Under the pieces are notes generated by a model. The model was given only the letters and a program-made list of their open reading frames with translations. It was not told where the DNA came from and did no database searches. This document shows positions 49,303 through 58,087 of a stretch of DNA of 64,000 bases, one piece after another. The number at the start of each line of letters is the position of its first letter. Position 1 is the first letter of the stretch. The stretch covers positions 352,001 to 416,000 of the forward strand of contig CALSPG010000005.1 of the NCBI GenBank assembly GCA_943788175.1. The letters run 5' to 3'. The translations under genes were made by a program, and so were the position numbers. Source of the stretch: an uncultured bacterium (GTDB taxonomy: Bacteria > Fidelibacterota > Marinisomatia > Marinisomatales > UBA1611).

Positions 49303-51024
49303 TTGTATTCAAATTCTAATAATCACGATCATCATGAAGAAAATTTCATTCAGAAATATATATTTTCTGTTGACCACAAAGTAATAGGTATACAGTATGG
49401 TATAACTTCTTTATTATTTTTATTGTTTGGTTTTTCACTGATGGCAATAATGCGCTGGCAGTTAGCTTATCCCGGAACAGAAATTCCTATTGTCGGTTTT
49501 ATTTTTGGCGAGGGTGGTGTTTTAGCATCTGAACAGTACAACTCTCTTGGTGCTATGCATGGTACTATTATGATTTTTCTTGGAATTGTTCCACTAGCAG
49601 TTGGAGCATTTGGTAATTATTTAGTTCCTCTTCAAATCGGTGCTATTGATATGGCCTTCCCCAAATTAAATGCTGCTAGTTACTGGACATATTTTGTTGG
49701 TGGCGTGATCATGATTTCTAGCTTTTTTATGCCTGAAGGAGCCGCAAGATCTGGTTGGACTTCTTATCCACCACTTTCTGTCTTTGAAAATGGTCAAACA
49801 ATATGGCTTATCTCAATGATTTTTCTAATAACCTCATCTTTATTGGGGTCAATGAATATTATTGTTACAATTGTTCAGTTGAGAGTACCAGGTTTAACTT
49901 GGATGCGTCTTCCTCTTTTTACCTGGGCGCAGTTTGTAACCTCTTTTCTTTTAGTTCTTGCTTTTCCACCTTTAGAGGCTGCGGCAGTATTGCAATTAAT
50001 GGATCGAGTAGCAGGTACAAGTTTCTTTCTCCCGAGTGGTTTGGTTATGTCTGGTGAAATAGTTGATGTCGCGGGCGGCGGATCTCCATTGCTCTGGCAA
50101 CATTTATTTTGGTTTTTAGCACACCCAGAGGTTTATGTTTTAATATTACCGGCACTTGGTATTGTTGGCGAAATACTTGCCAATAATACAAGAAAGCCAA
50201 TTTGGGGTTTTAAGTCTATTGTATACTCAATGGTTTTCCTCGGCTTTTGTTCTTTTATCGTTTGGGCGCATCATATGTTTTTAACAGGTATGGGACAGGC
50301 AATGAGTGCATTTTTTCAAACCACTACTATGATAATTTCAATACCTTCTGTAGTTATTCTTACTTCCTATTTTTTATCCCTATGGGGAGGGTCAATTCGA
50401 TTTAATACTCCGATGCTATTTGCTCTAGCATTTTTGCCTATGTTTGGTATAGGTGGTCTTACTGGATTACCGCTTGGACTAGCTGCTAGTGATATTTATC
50501 TTCATGACACATATTACGTAATTGGTCACTTCCACTATGTTGTTGCCCCTGGAACTATTTTTGCTTTATTTGCGGGAATATATTATTGGTTTCCAAAGAT
50601 TACTGGAAAGCGAATGAGTGAAACTTTAGGCAAACTACACTTTTGGCCATCGTTAATATTTATGAACGGAATTTTTATGCCGATGTTCATACAAGGCCTT
50701 GCTGGTGTTTCACGAAGATTAGCCGATGGTGGTGTGTCTTATGCACATGCAAGTGGAGTATTGCAATGGAATGAGTTTATGTCTATCTCTGCTTTTTGTC
50801 TAGGACTATCCCAGATTCCATTTATTGTTAATATCTTTATGTCATTATTTACTGGAGTCAAATCAGATAGAAACCCTTGGAAGTCAACTACAATTGAATG
50901 GGCTGCGCCATCTCCACCATTAGCGCATGTTAATTTTGACTCTGAAATCACTGTTCATCGAACTGCTTACGAATACAGTGTACCTGGAGCTAAAGAGGAT
51001 TTCATTCCTCAAACAGAAAGTTAG
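49303..51024 (+). CDS. ctaD: Cytochrome c oxidase subunit I, A1 type (TTG start)
   Basis: DHKVIG, MHGTIMIF, WFLAHPEVY, WAHHM, HDTYYVIGHFHY. Confidence 0.97.
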   Translation: MYSNSNNHDHHEENFIQKYIFSVDHKVIGIQYGITSLLFLLFGFSLMAIMRWQLAYPGTEIPIVGFIFGEGGVLASEQYNSLGAMHGTIMIFLGIVPLAVGAFGNYLVPLQIGAIDMAFPKLNAASYWTYFVGGVIMISSFFMPEGAARSGWTSYPPLSVFENGQTIWLISMIFLITSSLLGSMNIIVTIVQLRVPGLTWMRLPLFTWAQFVTSFLLVLAFPPLEAAAVLQLMDRVAGTSFFLPSGLVMSGEIVDVAGGGSPLLWQHLFWFLAHPEVYVLILPALGIVGEILANNTRKPIWGFKSIVYSMVFLGFCSFIVWAHHMFLTGMGQAMSAFFQTTTMIISIPSVVILTSYFLSLWGGSIRFNTPMLFALAFLPMFGIGGLTGLPLGLAASDIYLHDTYYVIGHFHYVVAPGTIFALFAGIYYWFPKITGKRMSETLGKLHFWPSLIFMNGIFMPMFIQGLAGVSRRLADGGVSYAHASGVLQWNEFMSISAFCLGLSQIPFIVNIFMSLFTGVKSDRNPWKSTTIEWAAPSPPLAHVNFDSEITVHRTAYEYSVPGAKEDFIPQTES

Positions 51025-51030
51025 ATTAAA

Positions 51031-51630
51031 ATGGAAATACCTTACGTAGTAGAAGAACGAGAAGACACTGGTCTCATTAACTCAAAATTAGGCATCTGGA
51101 TTTTTTTAGCCTCAGAGGTTATGTTATTTGGTGGTTTATTCTCTGCTTATATTTTTTTACGGATGGCTGCACTTCCAGGTGATTTTGAGCGATGGGCAAG
51201 TGAACTTAGTGTGCCGATGGCTACTGTTAATACTGTGGTTTTAATATCCTCTAGTGTATCAATGGTAATGGCTTGGGCTTCATTAAAAATGAAAGATTTT
51301 TCAAAGTATAAAATGTACTTAGGCATTACAATTTTTTGCTCTTTTGTTTTTTTAACCATTAAATATTTTGAATATTCAGGAAAATTTGCTCATGATATCT
51401 ACCCGTCGAGTAATACCTTCATGGCAATATATTTTACTCTTACTGGTTTACACGTGCTACACATTATTGGTGGCGTAGTAGTCATGCTTTATTTCTACCT
51501 TCCAATAAGTCATAAAATGTGGAATCAACAACCAGAACAATTCACGAATAGAATAGAAGTTTTTGGCTTATATTGGCATTTTGTTGATCTGGTCTGGATT
51601 TTCTTATTCCCTGTATTATATTTACTGTAA
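51031..51630 (+). CDS. ctaE: Cytochrome c oxidase subunit III
   Basis: WIFLASEVMLFGGLF, TGLHVLH, LYWHFVDLVWIFLFP. Confidence 0.95.
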   Translation: MEIPYVVEEREDTGLINSKLGIWIFLASEVMLFGGLFSAYIFLRMAALPGDFERWASELSVPMATVNTVVLISSSVSMVMAWASLKMKDFSKYKMYLGITIFCSFVFLTIKYFEYSGKFAHDIYPSSNTFMAIYFTLTGLHVLHIIGGVVVMLYFYLPISHKMWNQQPEQFTNRIEVFGLYWHFVDLVWIFLFPVLYLL

Positions 51631-51640
51631 GGATTGAATT

Positions 51641-51970
51641 ATGAGTGATAATCACGATACAGCATCAATGCAAGATCATATTAGAGTTTATCTAATGGTT
51701 TTTGGAGCGCTTGGTGTTTTAACAATAGTTACTGTTTTAGCATCATACTTAACCTTAAGTACTTCTGAAGCAATATTTCTTGCTCTCATAATAGCTTCTG
51801 TAAAAGCGTCGTTAGTTTTAGGTTACTTTATGCACCTTATTACTGAAAGAAAAATGATTATTTGGATTCTTCTAATGACAGTATTTTTCTTTTTTATTAT
51901 GATATTTTTGCCTCTAATCTCTAATATTGATCATGCTGGAGACCCAGCTCAATGGTGGAAGGTTCTTTAA
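51641..51970 (+). CDS. Cytochrome c oxidase subunit IV (prokaryotic)
   Basis: YLMVFGALGVLT, IASVKASLVLGYFMHL. Confidence 0.9.
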   Translation: MSDNHDTASMQDHIRVYLMVFGALGVLTIVTVLASYLTLSTSEAIFLALIIASVKASLVLGYFMHLITERKMIIWILLMTVFFFFIMIFLPLISNIDHAGDPAQWWKVL

Positions 51971-52168
51971 ATGATTGGGATTAAGACATTTCACCTTTTT
52001 TTTATAGGCTTATCTATACTTTTAACTGGGTGGTATAGTTATTTTGAAATAACAACACCAACAAATCCTGGAAACATTTCAACATTCCTTGGAATTGCTT
52101 CTTTATTATCAATGTTAGCATTAAGCTATTATGGATATAACGTTTACAATAAATTTAAAAAATTATAA
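51971..52168 (+). CDS. Small two-TM protein in the cox operon
   Basis: 65-aa ORF, KTFHLFFI; abuts its neighbours. Confidence 0.7.
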   Translation: MIGIKTFHLFFIGLSILLTGWYSYFEITTPTNPGNISTFLGIASLLSMLALSYYGYNVYNKFKKL

Positions 52169-52171
52169 ATA

Positions 52172-52396
52172 ATGCATTACTTTAAAATAATAATTGTTAT
52201 AATCGCTTTTTTTTCGAGTTCTCTGTATGCATGCGGGACGTGTTATGGTGATCCTAATTCTGCAGCCGTGGAGGGTATGAACTGGGCAATTATCTCCCTA
52301 CTCATTACAACTGGAGGAGTGATGTCGGGTATAAGTTTTTCTATTTTTAGTATTGCCAAAAAGTCAAAGAATTATAATAAATCTAAGGAATTTTAA
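52172..52396 (+). CDS. Small membrane protein with CxxC directly after a signal peptide
   Basis: SSLYA-CGTCYGDP then a TM and basic tail. Confidence 0.72.
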   Translation: MHYFKIIIVIIAFFSSSLYACGTCYGDPNSAAVEGMNWAIISLLITTGGVMSGISFSIFSIAKKSKNYNKSKEF

Positions 52397-52399
52397 GTT

Positions 52400-53242
52400 T
52401 TGCTAGAGTTTTTACAAAGTTTAGGTTTACCTCAAAACCTATCAATTCAGGGCGAATACATTGACAATGCAAATGTATTAATGCACTGGCTTATGTTATA
52501 TTTATTCCTAGGCTGGGGTGCATTTTTTATTGTCAGTCTTTACAAATTTCGTGAATCAAAAAATAAAAAAGCAGATTATTATGGAGTTAAATCACATCTT
52601 TCTTCTGTCCTAGAAGGGGCAGTAGCTATAGTGGAAATTATAGCCTTATTTGGATTTTCTTATCCAATATGGGCTTACAGGGTTAATGACGTTCCTGACA
52701 GTAGGGATGCTGTAAATATTAGAGTTATTGCTCAACAATTTGCATGGAATTTTCATTATCCAGGAGCTGATGGTGTTTTTGGAAGGACGGATATTAATTT
52801 AGTAGATGAGTCTGAACAAAATTTTATTGGTATTGATAGGTCAGATGCTTTTGCTAAAGATGATATTATTCTCCAGAATCAAATGCATATCCCCGTAAAT
52901 AAAAAAATTAGAGTGGACTTATCTTCAAAGGATGTTATTCACAACTTTAAACTTCCTGAGTTAAGAGTATCTCAAGATGCGATTCCAGGGATGACAATAC
53001 CTGTTCACTTTACCGCAAAAACTACGTCTAATGAATTCTTAGAAAGTGTTAAAGGAACTCCTCGAGAGGGCAAGGGACTTGAAATAGCTTGTGCTCAATT
53101 ATGTGGTATTACCCACTACAGGATGCGTGGATATTTAACAGTTGATACTGAAGAAGAATACAGTGATTGGCTTGCTAGTGAGGCTGAGTATTTAGATTTT
53201 GGTGACGATGAAGATGAGTGGGGTGATGATGAAGACTGGTAA
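52400..53242 (+). CDS. ctaC: Cytochrome c oxidase subunit II (CuA), no fused cyt c (TTG start)
   Basis: QQFAWNFHYPG, DVIH, DAIPG, CAQLCGITHYRM. Confidence 0.95.
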   Translation: MLEFLQSLGLPQNLSIQGEYIDNANVLMHWLMLYLFLGWGAFFIVSLYKFRESKNKKADYYGVKSHLSSVLEGAVAIVEIIALFGFSYPIWAYRVNDVPDSRDAVNIRVIAQQFAWNFHYPGADGVFGRTDINLVDESEQNFIGIDRSDAFAKDDIILQNQMHIPVNKKIRVDLSSKDVIHNFKLPELRVSQDAIPGMTIPVHFTAKTTSNEFLESVKGTPREGKGLEIACAQLCGITHYRMRGYLTVDTEEEYSDWLASEAEYLDFGDDEDEWGDDEDW

Positions 53243-53262
53243 ATGGATTGTTTAAAAATGTT

Positions 53263-53297
53263 AAAAAAAGCCTTATTACATATAAGGCTTTTTTTTT
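53263..53297. terminator. Bidirectional intrinsic terminator between convergent genes
   Basis: AAAAAAAGCCTTAT-TACAT-ATAAGGCTTTTTTTTT. Confidence 0.88.
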
Positions 53298-53410
53298 ATC
53301 CAGTTTATACAACAAATAGTTCTATTAGCAGTCAGTAAAGTAGTAAACAATCATTTTTCATAGATTGCTAAATCAATTAAATACTTATTGCTGAAATCAT
53401 GTTTTACTTT

Positions 53411-56400
53411 TTATAATTTTTTTACTAGACCTCCAAAGCTCTGATCAATTTTAAACCCTTGCTTGTAAAAAAAACTTTCATGGTAAAAACCAACTGTTAT
53501 TATACTGTGGCCATTTTGAATCATTCTATTAAAGAAATCATTCATTAGTTTTTTACTCAAATTTCTTTGTTGATATTTATTCATTATAACAACCCATTCA
53601 AGATGTACTCTTAAATTGCTTTTAATTATATAATAAAGGCCACCAATCACTTTGTTTCTACTATTTACTAAAAATAAAAAATTGTGGTTCACATTAAATG
53701 TCACAGAAAGATTTTCTTTTGATATAATCGTTTGAAATTTGGCAATTTCTTTTGGTTGAAAGGGTGGGCGAATTGTATAAATATTACCTTCAGAATCCTC
53801 TGTTTTAAATGCTAGGTCTATATTTTTTTTATCACCTTTTCTTATTTTTGCTAGCTCCACATAATCAGCTGCATCTATATGAGGATAAAGCATTCTTGCT
53901 AAGAAAAATTTCTCATTTTCTTTCAATTTAGTGTTTAATAAAATATCTTCAATTTTATCTTTTAGATTCCATGGGCTTAAAGAATCTCGTCTCATATCTT
54001 TAATAATAGATTGAAAATAGGTATTTAAGCGGTCTCCCGAATTTTTTAAACAAGTCATCATGAAAAACCTTACTCTTGTTTCGGGGTATTCATCTAATAA
54101 TGTATTTAAGTTGTAATCATGATACAACTCTTTTAAAATTGATGCTTTTGCCTCATTTGTTGCGTTCCTGTTTAAATCAAGCCATCTTTCATATCTTAAA
54201 GAAGCAAAAACAACTGGTTTCGTTAGAACTCCAAAATTATTAAAATCAGTTAAAAAATTAGTTATTCTACTTTCTGTGAGTCCAAATTTTGAAAATTTAT
54301 TTTTAACTTCTTTTGTCGATAAATCATCTCTAAGCCTCTTAAGTATTGGGATGCCTTTTTTTACTTTCATTGCTTCTAAAGTAGCAGTAAATATAAGTTC
54401 CCAGTCTGCCATATGCTTTAAGCCAGGGTATCTTTTTTCCGTATCTAGAATATAATGTATGTAGAGGTCCAAATAAAATTGCCAAATAGAATCAACTTCT
54501 TTTCTATCAGATATAGATATAATCTTATTCCCCGTGTTATAATCATGTGGGGGTATTATTAAATTGTCTGGTATAGGAGGGTATATTGCTAGCTTATATT
54601 GCGTGCGATGCCAAAAATCAATATAGGCTTGGGCCCCATTCCATATATAATGAAGCCAACGCATTTGCCAGCGATCTTTCTTTGAATTAGAACTTATTTC
54701 TTCTTTAAATCTATTTAGCTGAACATTTACAGTATCATTTGTTATATATTCTTCAGTATAAATCGATTCTTCAGGCCAGTATCCACCAAATTTTTCTACT
54801 AATTGATTTAAACTTGAACTTGTTGAGCCCATCAGAATTAACCATTGTATTTCTTCTTCAAAAAAATCTTTTTCTAAATTCTGATTAAGATTTAAAACAA
54901 TATTATATGTTCCGTAACTAATCGTTTTTACAAGAACTCGGAATGAGCTTTTATGATTATTTGTGGTTAAGTGTTTTATCCAAACCCCATTTCTTGGAAT
55001 GTCAGAAAGTTGAAGTATTGTGTCATTTGAAAATAAGAAAATTGATTCTTTAATTAGAGCCGTTGAACTTATTGCTTTTAGTAAAACTATTTTATGGTTA
55101 TTGCTCACACTATCATCGAATGTTAAAACATCACTCCAAGTATATTCTTCTTTTGTATCTCTATCTATAGTTATAGATGAATTAGGTCCTATCCATAGTC
55201 TGAATCCATTTATTAAATTATAATATTCTTTCTGAGCTGACGATTGAACTTGAGATGGTGATTCGGATAGTTGCCACCAGATAAGTTCTGATCTAGCTAA
55301 AATAAACTGAGTCGGGTGAATTTTTCCATATTCGCAGATGATTGATAATGCTTTTTGAATGAAATTCATATCAACTGTGTCTATTTCATCAATTTTGCTA
55401 TGTATAATTTTGAGGAGATTAATTAGTTCATGAAATTGCTTACTATTTATTTTTTTAATATCAAAAATAAAGTCATCTTCTTTATTAACCATATGGTATC
55501 TATGAATGGCTTTTAATTGATCTACAAAAAACCTTTCAGATAATAAAGGGCATATAGTCTCTAATAATTTTAATCTAAAAATTGGCTTTGGATGCTCCAA
55601 GTATTGCATAAAAGTTTCAACGATGACGTCAGACCATTCATTGTTTTTAATTTTTATGATTTCATTAAGGTGGCTACTAAACGAAATATTATTATTACGA
55701 TATAGTAATAATGATTTATGAATCATAGATAATTGTAGATCATTTTCTTTAAAAGTAATTTTTTGCTCAATGTCATAAAAATTTTTACTATCAATAACCA
55801 ATGTGATCTCATTATAATTTATTGATTCTTTTATTCTAAATGTTGTGTTTGCACAGAAAACAATAAACTCTTGATTGCCGAGCCATAGTCTTGGTGTGTT
55901 TATAAACATAGCTAAATCAAATGTTTGCTTATCTATATCATAAGATAGTTCACCAATATGAACTTTATTTTCGTACCATCGAAATGTTAGCATTATATTT
56001 TTATCAGCAATAATAATTTCATTTCCATTCCATTTTATATTTGATTTGATGGTCCCTATCTCTCGGATAAGCCAATTTGGAAATTTTATTTCTTTATCGT
56101 CATTGTATAAACTGACATAGTCTTTTTTATACATTGATTCTATTTCTAAATCAAAATTTTGTAAAATATTTTTACGTTTATAAGTTCCTTTTTGCGTTAA
56201 TTCATTACTTTCATTGCTGAAGTCTCTATTGATTATTGTAAAATTAACAATTCGTTCAAATGGAGATAAAAAACCGTTTATTGATATCAGCATAGCACTA
56301 AAAATATTTTGTACTTGCTTTTCATTCATATTTTGAAGGTTAAAATCAATGTTTTCTTTATTCGGATATATAAGCACTGTATTATATTCCTTTCCATCAC

Positions 56401-57979
56401 CGACAAGGAACACAGATTTTACAAGATCAAAATCTTGGAATAAATTTTCTATTTTTTGAGGAGCTATTGTTTGTCCTCTACTATTCTTGTATATATCTTT
56501 TTTCCGATCAATTATAAAATAATAACCATTTTCTTCTTTAAAAATATCACCGCTATAGAACCATCCATTTTTAAAAGATTTTGAGTCATCATCTTTATAA
56601 AATCCCTTAGATATATATGGTCCTTTCATACAAAGTTCACCATCTTCTTCAATTTTTAGATTAATACCAGGAAGAGCTTTCCCAACAGTATCTTCAACAT
56701 ATTCGTTTGGCGGAGTCATGGTTATTCCGCCTGTAGCTTCTGTCATCCCATAACCGCTCATTAAATTAATTTTGTTATCGTGAAAAAATATAAAAATATC
56801 AGGGTCTAAATAACCCGCGGCAGAAAGTCCCCATTTTAAACTGCCTCCTGTAATATCTTTTAATTTGGTATTGATTTCTTCTTTGTTTGATAAATCTAAA
56901 TCTATTGAACTATTCATTAATTCATATATCTGCACCCATCTTTTTGGTATACTTATAAAGATAGTAGGAGATATTATTTTAAAATCTTTTAATAACGAAT
57001 TAAACGATGGGGATTGAGCAAAAGTATAGGTAGCTCCCCAAAATATTGAACCCATAAGCTCAAAATACCTTCCAAAAGTATGAAAAAGAGGTAAGTAACA
57101 TAAAAACTTATCTTTGTTACTTATGTCAGGTAACGCTAATGCTCTTGAAAATCTTTTAGAAATAATATTTAATTGTGAAAATTTTACACCCTTTGGGTTA
57201 CTTGTAGATCCAGATGTGTACATAATGGTAATAGTTGAATTCATATCCTGATCAGATAATTCATTTATATCATCATATTTTTGATACTGGGAAAATTTAT
57301 CATGGAATGCTTCCCAGGAAATTGAATTGCTTTGTAATGAACCAATATCGTTAACATCAATAACTATTAGTTCTTCATCATATTTTGTTGAATTCCATAA
57401 TTGAATTGCTCTTTCACCACCAAGGAATAAATGCGTGATATTTGCTTCTTTTATTATAAATATAAGGTGGTCTTTATTGGCATTAAGTGGGATAGGAATG
57501 ATACTTATACCTGATGATAAACATGCTAAATCTACAACCGCGCTTTTATATTGATTATGTGATAGTATACCGATTGTTGCTTTTTGATTATTAGATGCTT
57601 TTTTTATTGCCAGAGATGTCTTTAAAACATCGTTCCAAAGCTTGGAGTATGTAATGTCTATTTTATTATCACCGTCAATAGTATGAATTGCTACTTTATC
57701 CCTATATCTTTTTTCTCGTTGTAATAGTAATTGTCCAGTATGGAAATTATACTTTTCAATAACCTGGGCAATTTTCATAGCCCATTGATTAGTATCATGA
57801 GATGAAATAGTTTTTGAGATTGACGATAAATGCAGTAGGTCTAAAAATGAAAAAGCATCATTTTTAGAAACATCATTATTAAGAATATAGTCTAGGGTTT
57901 CTTCAAGATATTCATATCGAACATTCCCAGTTTCAAAGCTTTTTAGCAGGTTGGTAATTTTATGTTTAATTTCAGTCAC
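53411..57979 (-). CDS. 1522-aa fusion: long-chain acyl-CoA ligase-like domain, unknown and kinase-like middle region, C-terminal GNAT-like domain
   Basis: MYTSGSTSNPKG, LPLFH, GYGMTE, GWFYSGD, IDRKKD; C-terminal VHLEWVVIMNKYQQRNLSKKLM...FFYKQGF. Confidence 0.85.
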   Translation of the reverse strand: MTEIKHKITNLLKSFETGNVRYEYLEETLDYILNNDVSKNDAFSFLDLLHLSSISKTISSHDTNQWAMKIAQVIEKYNFHTGQLLLQREKRYRDKVAIHTIDGDNKIDITYSKLWNDVLKTSLAIKKASNNQKATIGILSHNQYKSAVVDLACLSSGISIIPIPLNANKDHLIFIIKEANITHLFLGGERAIQLWNSTKYDEELIVIDVNDIGSLQSNSISWEAFHDKFSQYQKYDDINELSDQDMNSTITIMYTSGSTSNPKGVKFSQLNIISKRFSRALALPDISNKDKFLCYLPLFHTFGRYFELMGSIFWGATYTFAQSPSFNSLLKDFKIISPTIFISIPKRWVQIYELMNSSIDLDLSNKEEINTKLKDITGGSLKWGLSAAGYLDPDIFIFFHDNKINLMSGYGMTEATGGITMTPPNEYVEDTVGKALPGINLKIEEDGELCMKGPYISKGFYKDDDSKSFKNGWFYSGDIFKEENGYYFIIDRKKDIYKNSRGQTIAPQKIENLFQDFDLVKSVFLVGDGKEYNTVLIYPNKENIDFNLQNMNEKQVQNIFSAMLISINGFLSPFERIVNFTIINRDFSNESNELTQKGTYKRKNILQNFDLEIESMYKKDYVSLYNDDKEIKFPNWLIREIGTIKSNIKWNGNEIIIADKNIMLTFRWYENKVHIGELSYDIDKQTFDLAMFINTPRLWLGNQEFIVFCANTTFRIKESINYNEITLVIDSKNFYDIEQKITFKENDLQLSMIHKSLLLYRNNNISFSSHLNEIIKIKNNEWSDVIVETFMQYLEHPKPIFRLKLLETICPLLSERFFVDQLKAIHRYHMVNKEDDFIFDIKKINSKQFHELINLLKIIHSKIDEIDTVDMNFIQKALSIICEYGKIHPTQFILARSELIWWQLSESPSQVQSSAQKEYYNLINGFRLWIGPNSSITIDRDTKEEYTWSDVLTFDDSVSNNHKIVLLKAISSTALIKESIFLFSNDTILQLSDIPRNGVWIKHLTTNNHKSSFRVLVKTISYGTYNIVLNLNQNLEKDFFEEEIQWLILMGSTSSSLNQLVEKFGGYWPEESIYTEEYITNDTVNVQLNRFKEEISSNSKKDRWQMRWLHYIWNGAQAYIDFWHRTQYKLAIYPPIPDNLIIPPHDYNTGNKIISISDRKEVDSIWQFYLDLYIHYILDTEKRYPGLKHMADWELIFTATLEAMKVKKGIPILKRLRDDLSTKEVKNKFSKFGLTESRITNFLTDFNNFGVLTKPVVFASLRYERWLDLNRNATNEAKASILKELYHDYNLNTLLDEYPETRVRFFMMTCLKNSGDRLNTYFQSIIKDMRRDSLSPWNLKDKIEDILLNTKLKENEKFFLARMLYPHIDAADYVELAKIRKGDKKNIDLAFKTEDSEGNIYTIRPPFQPKEIAKFQTIISKENLSVTFNVNHNFLFLVNSRNKVIGGLYYIIKSNLRVHLEWVVIMNKYQQRNLSKKLMNDFFNRMIQNGHSIITVGFYHESFFYKQGFKIDQSFGGLVKKL

Positions 57980-58087
57980 GAATAGCTAATAGTTACTAGT
58001 CAATTTTCGAAAGAAGCATTGCTGTATAGTTTTCTAATATGTACATTCATTTGCTTTCTAAAATTTTACTAATAAAAAATCAATAAA

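Noticed and set aside
50706-50721. parS-like TGTTTCACG
   Set aside because: Only a half site, inside coxA; no full TGTTTCACGTGAAACA palindrome was noticed.
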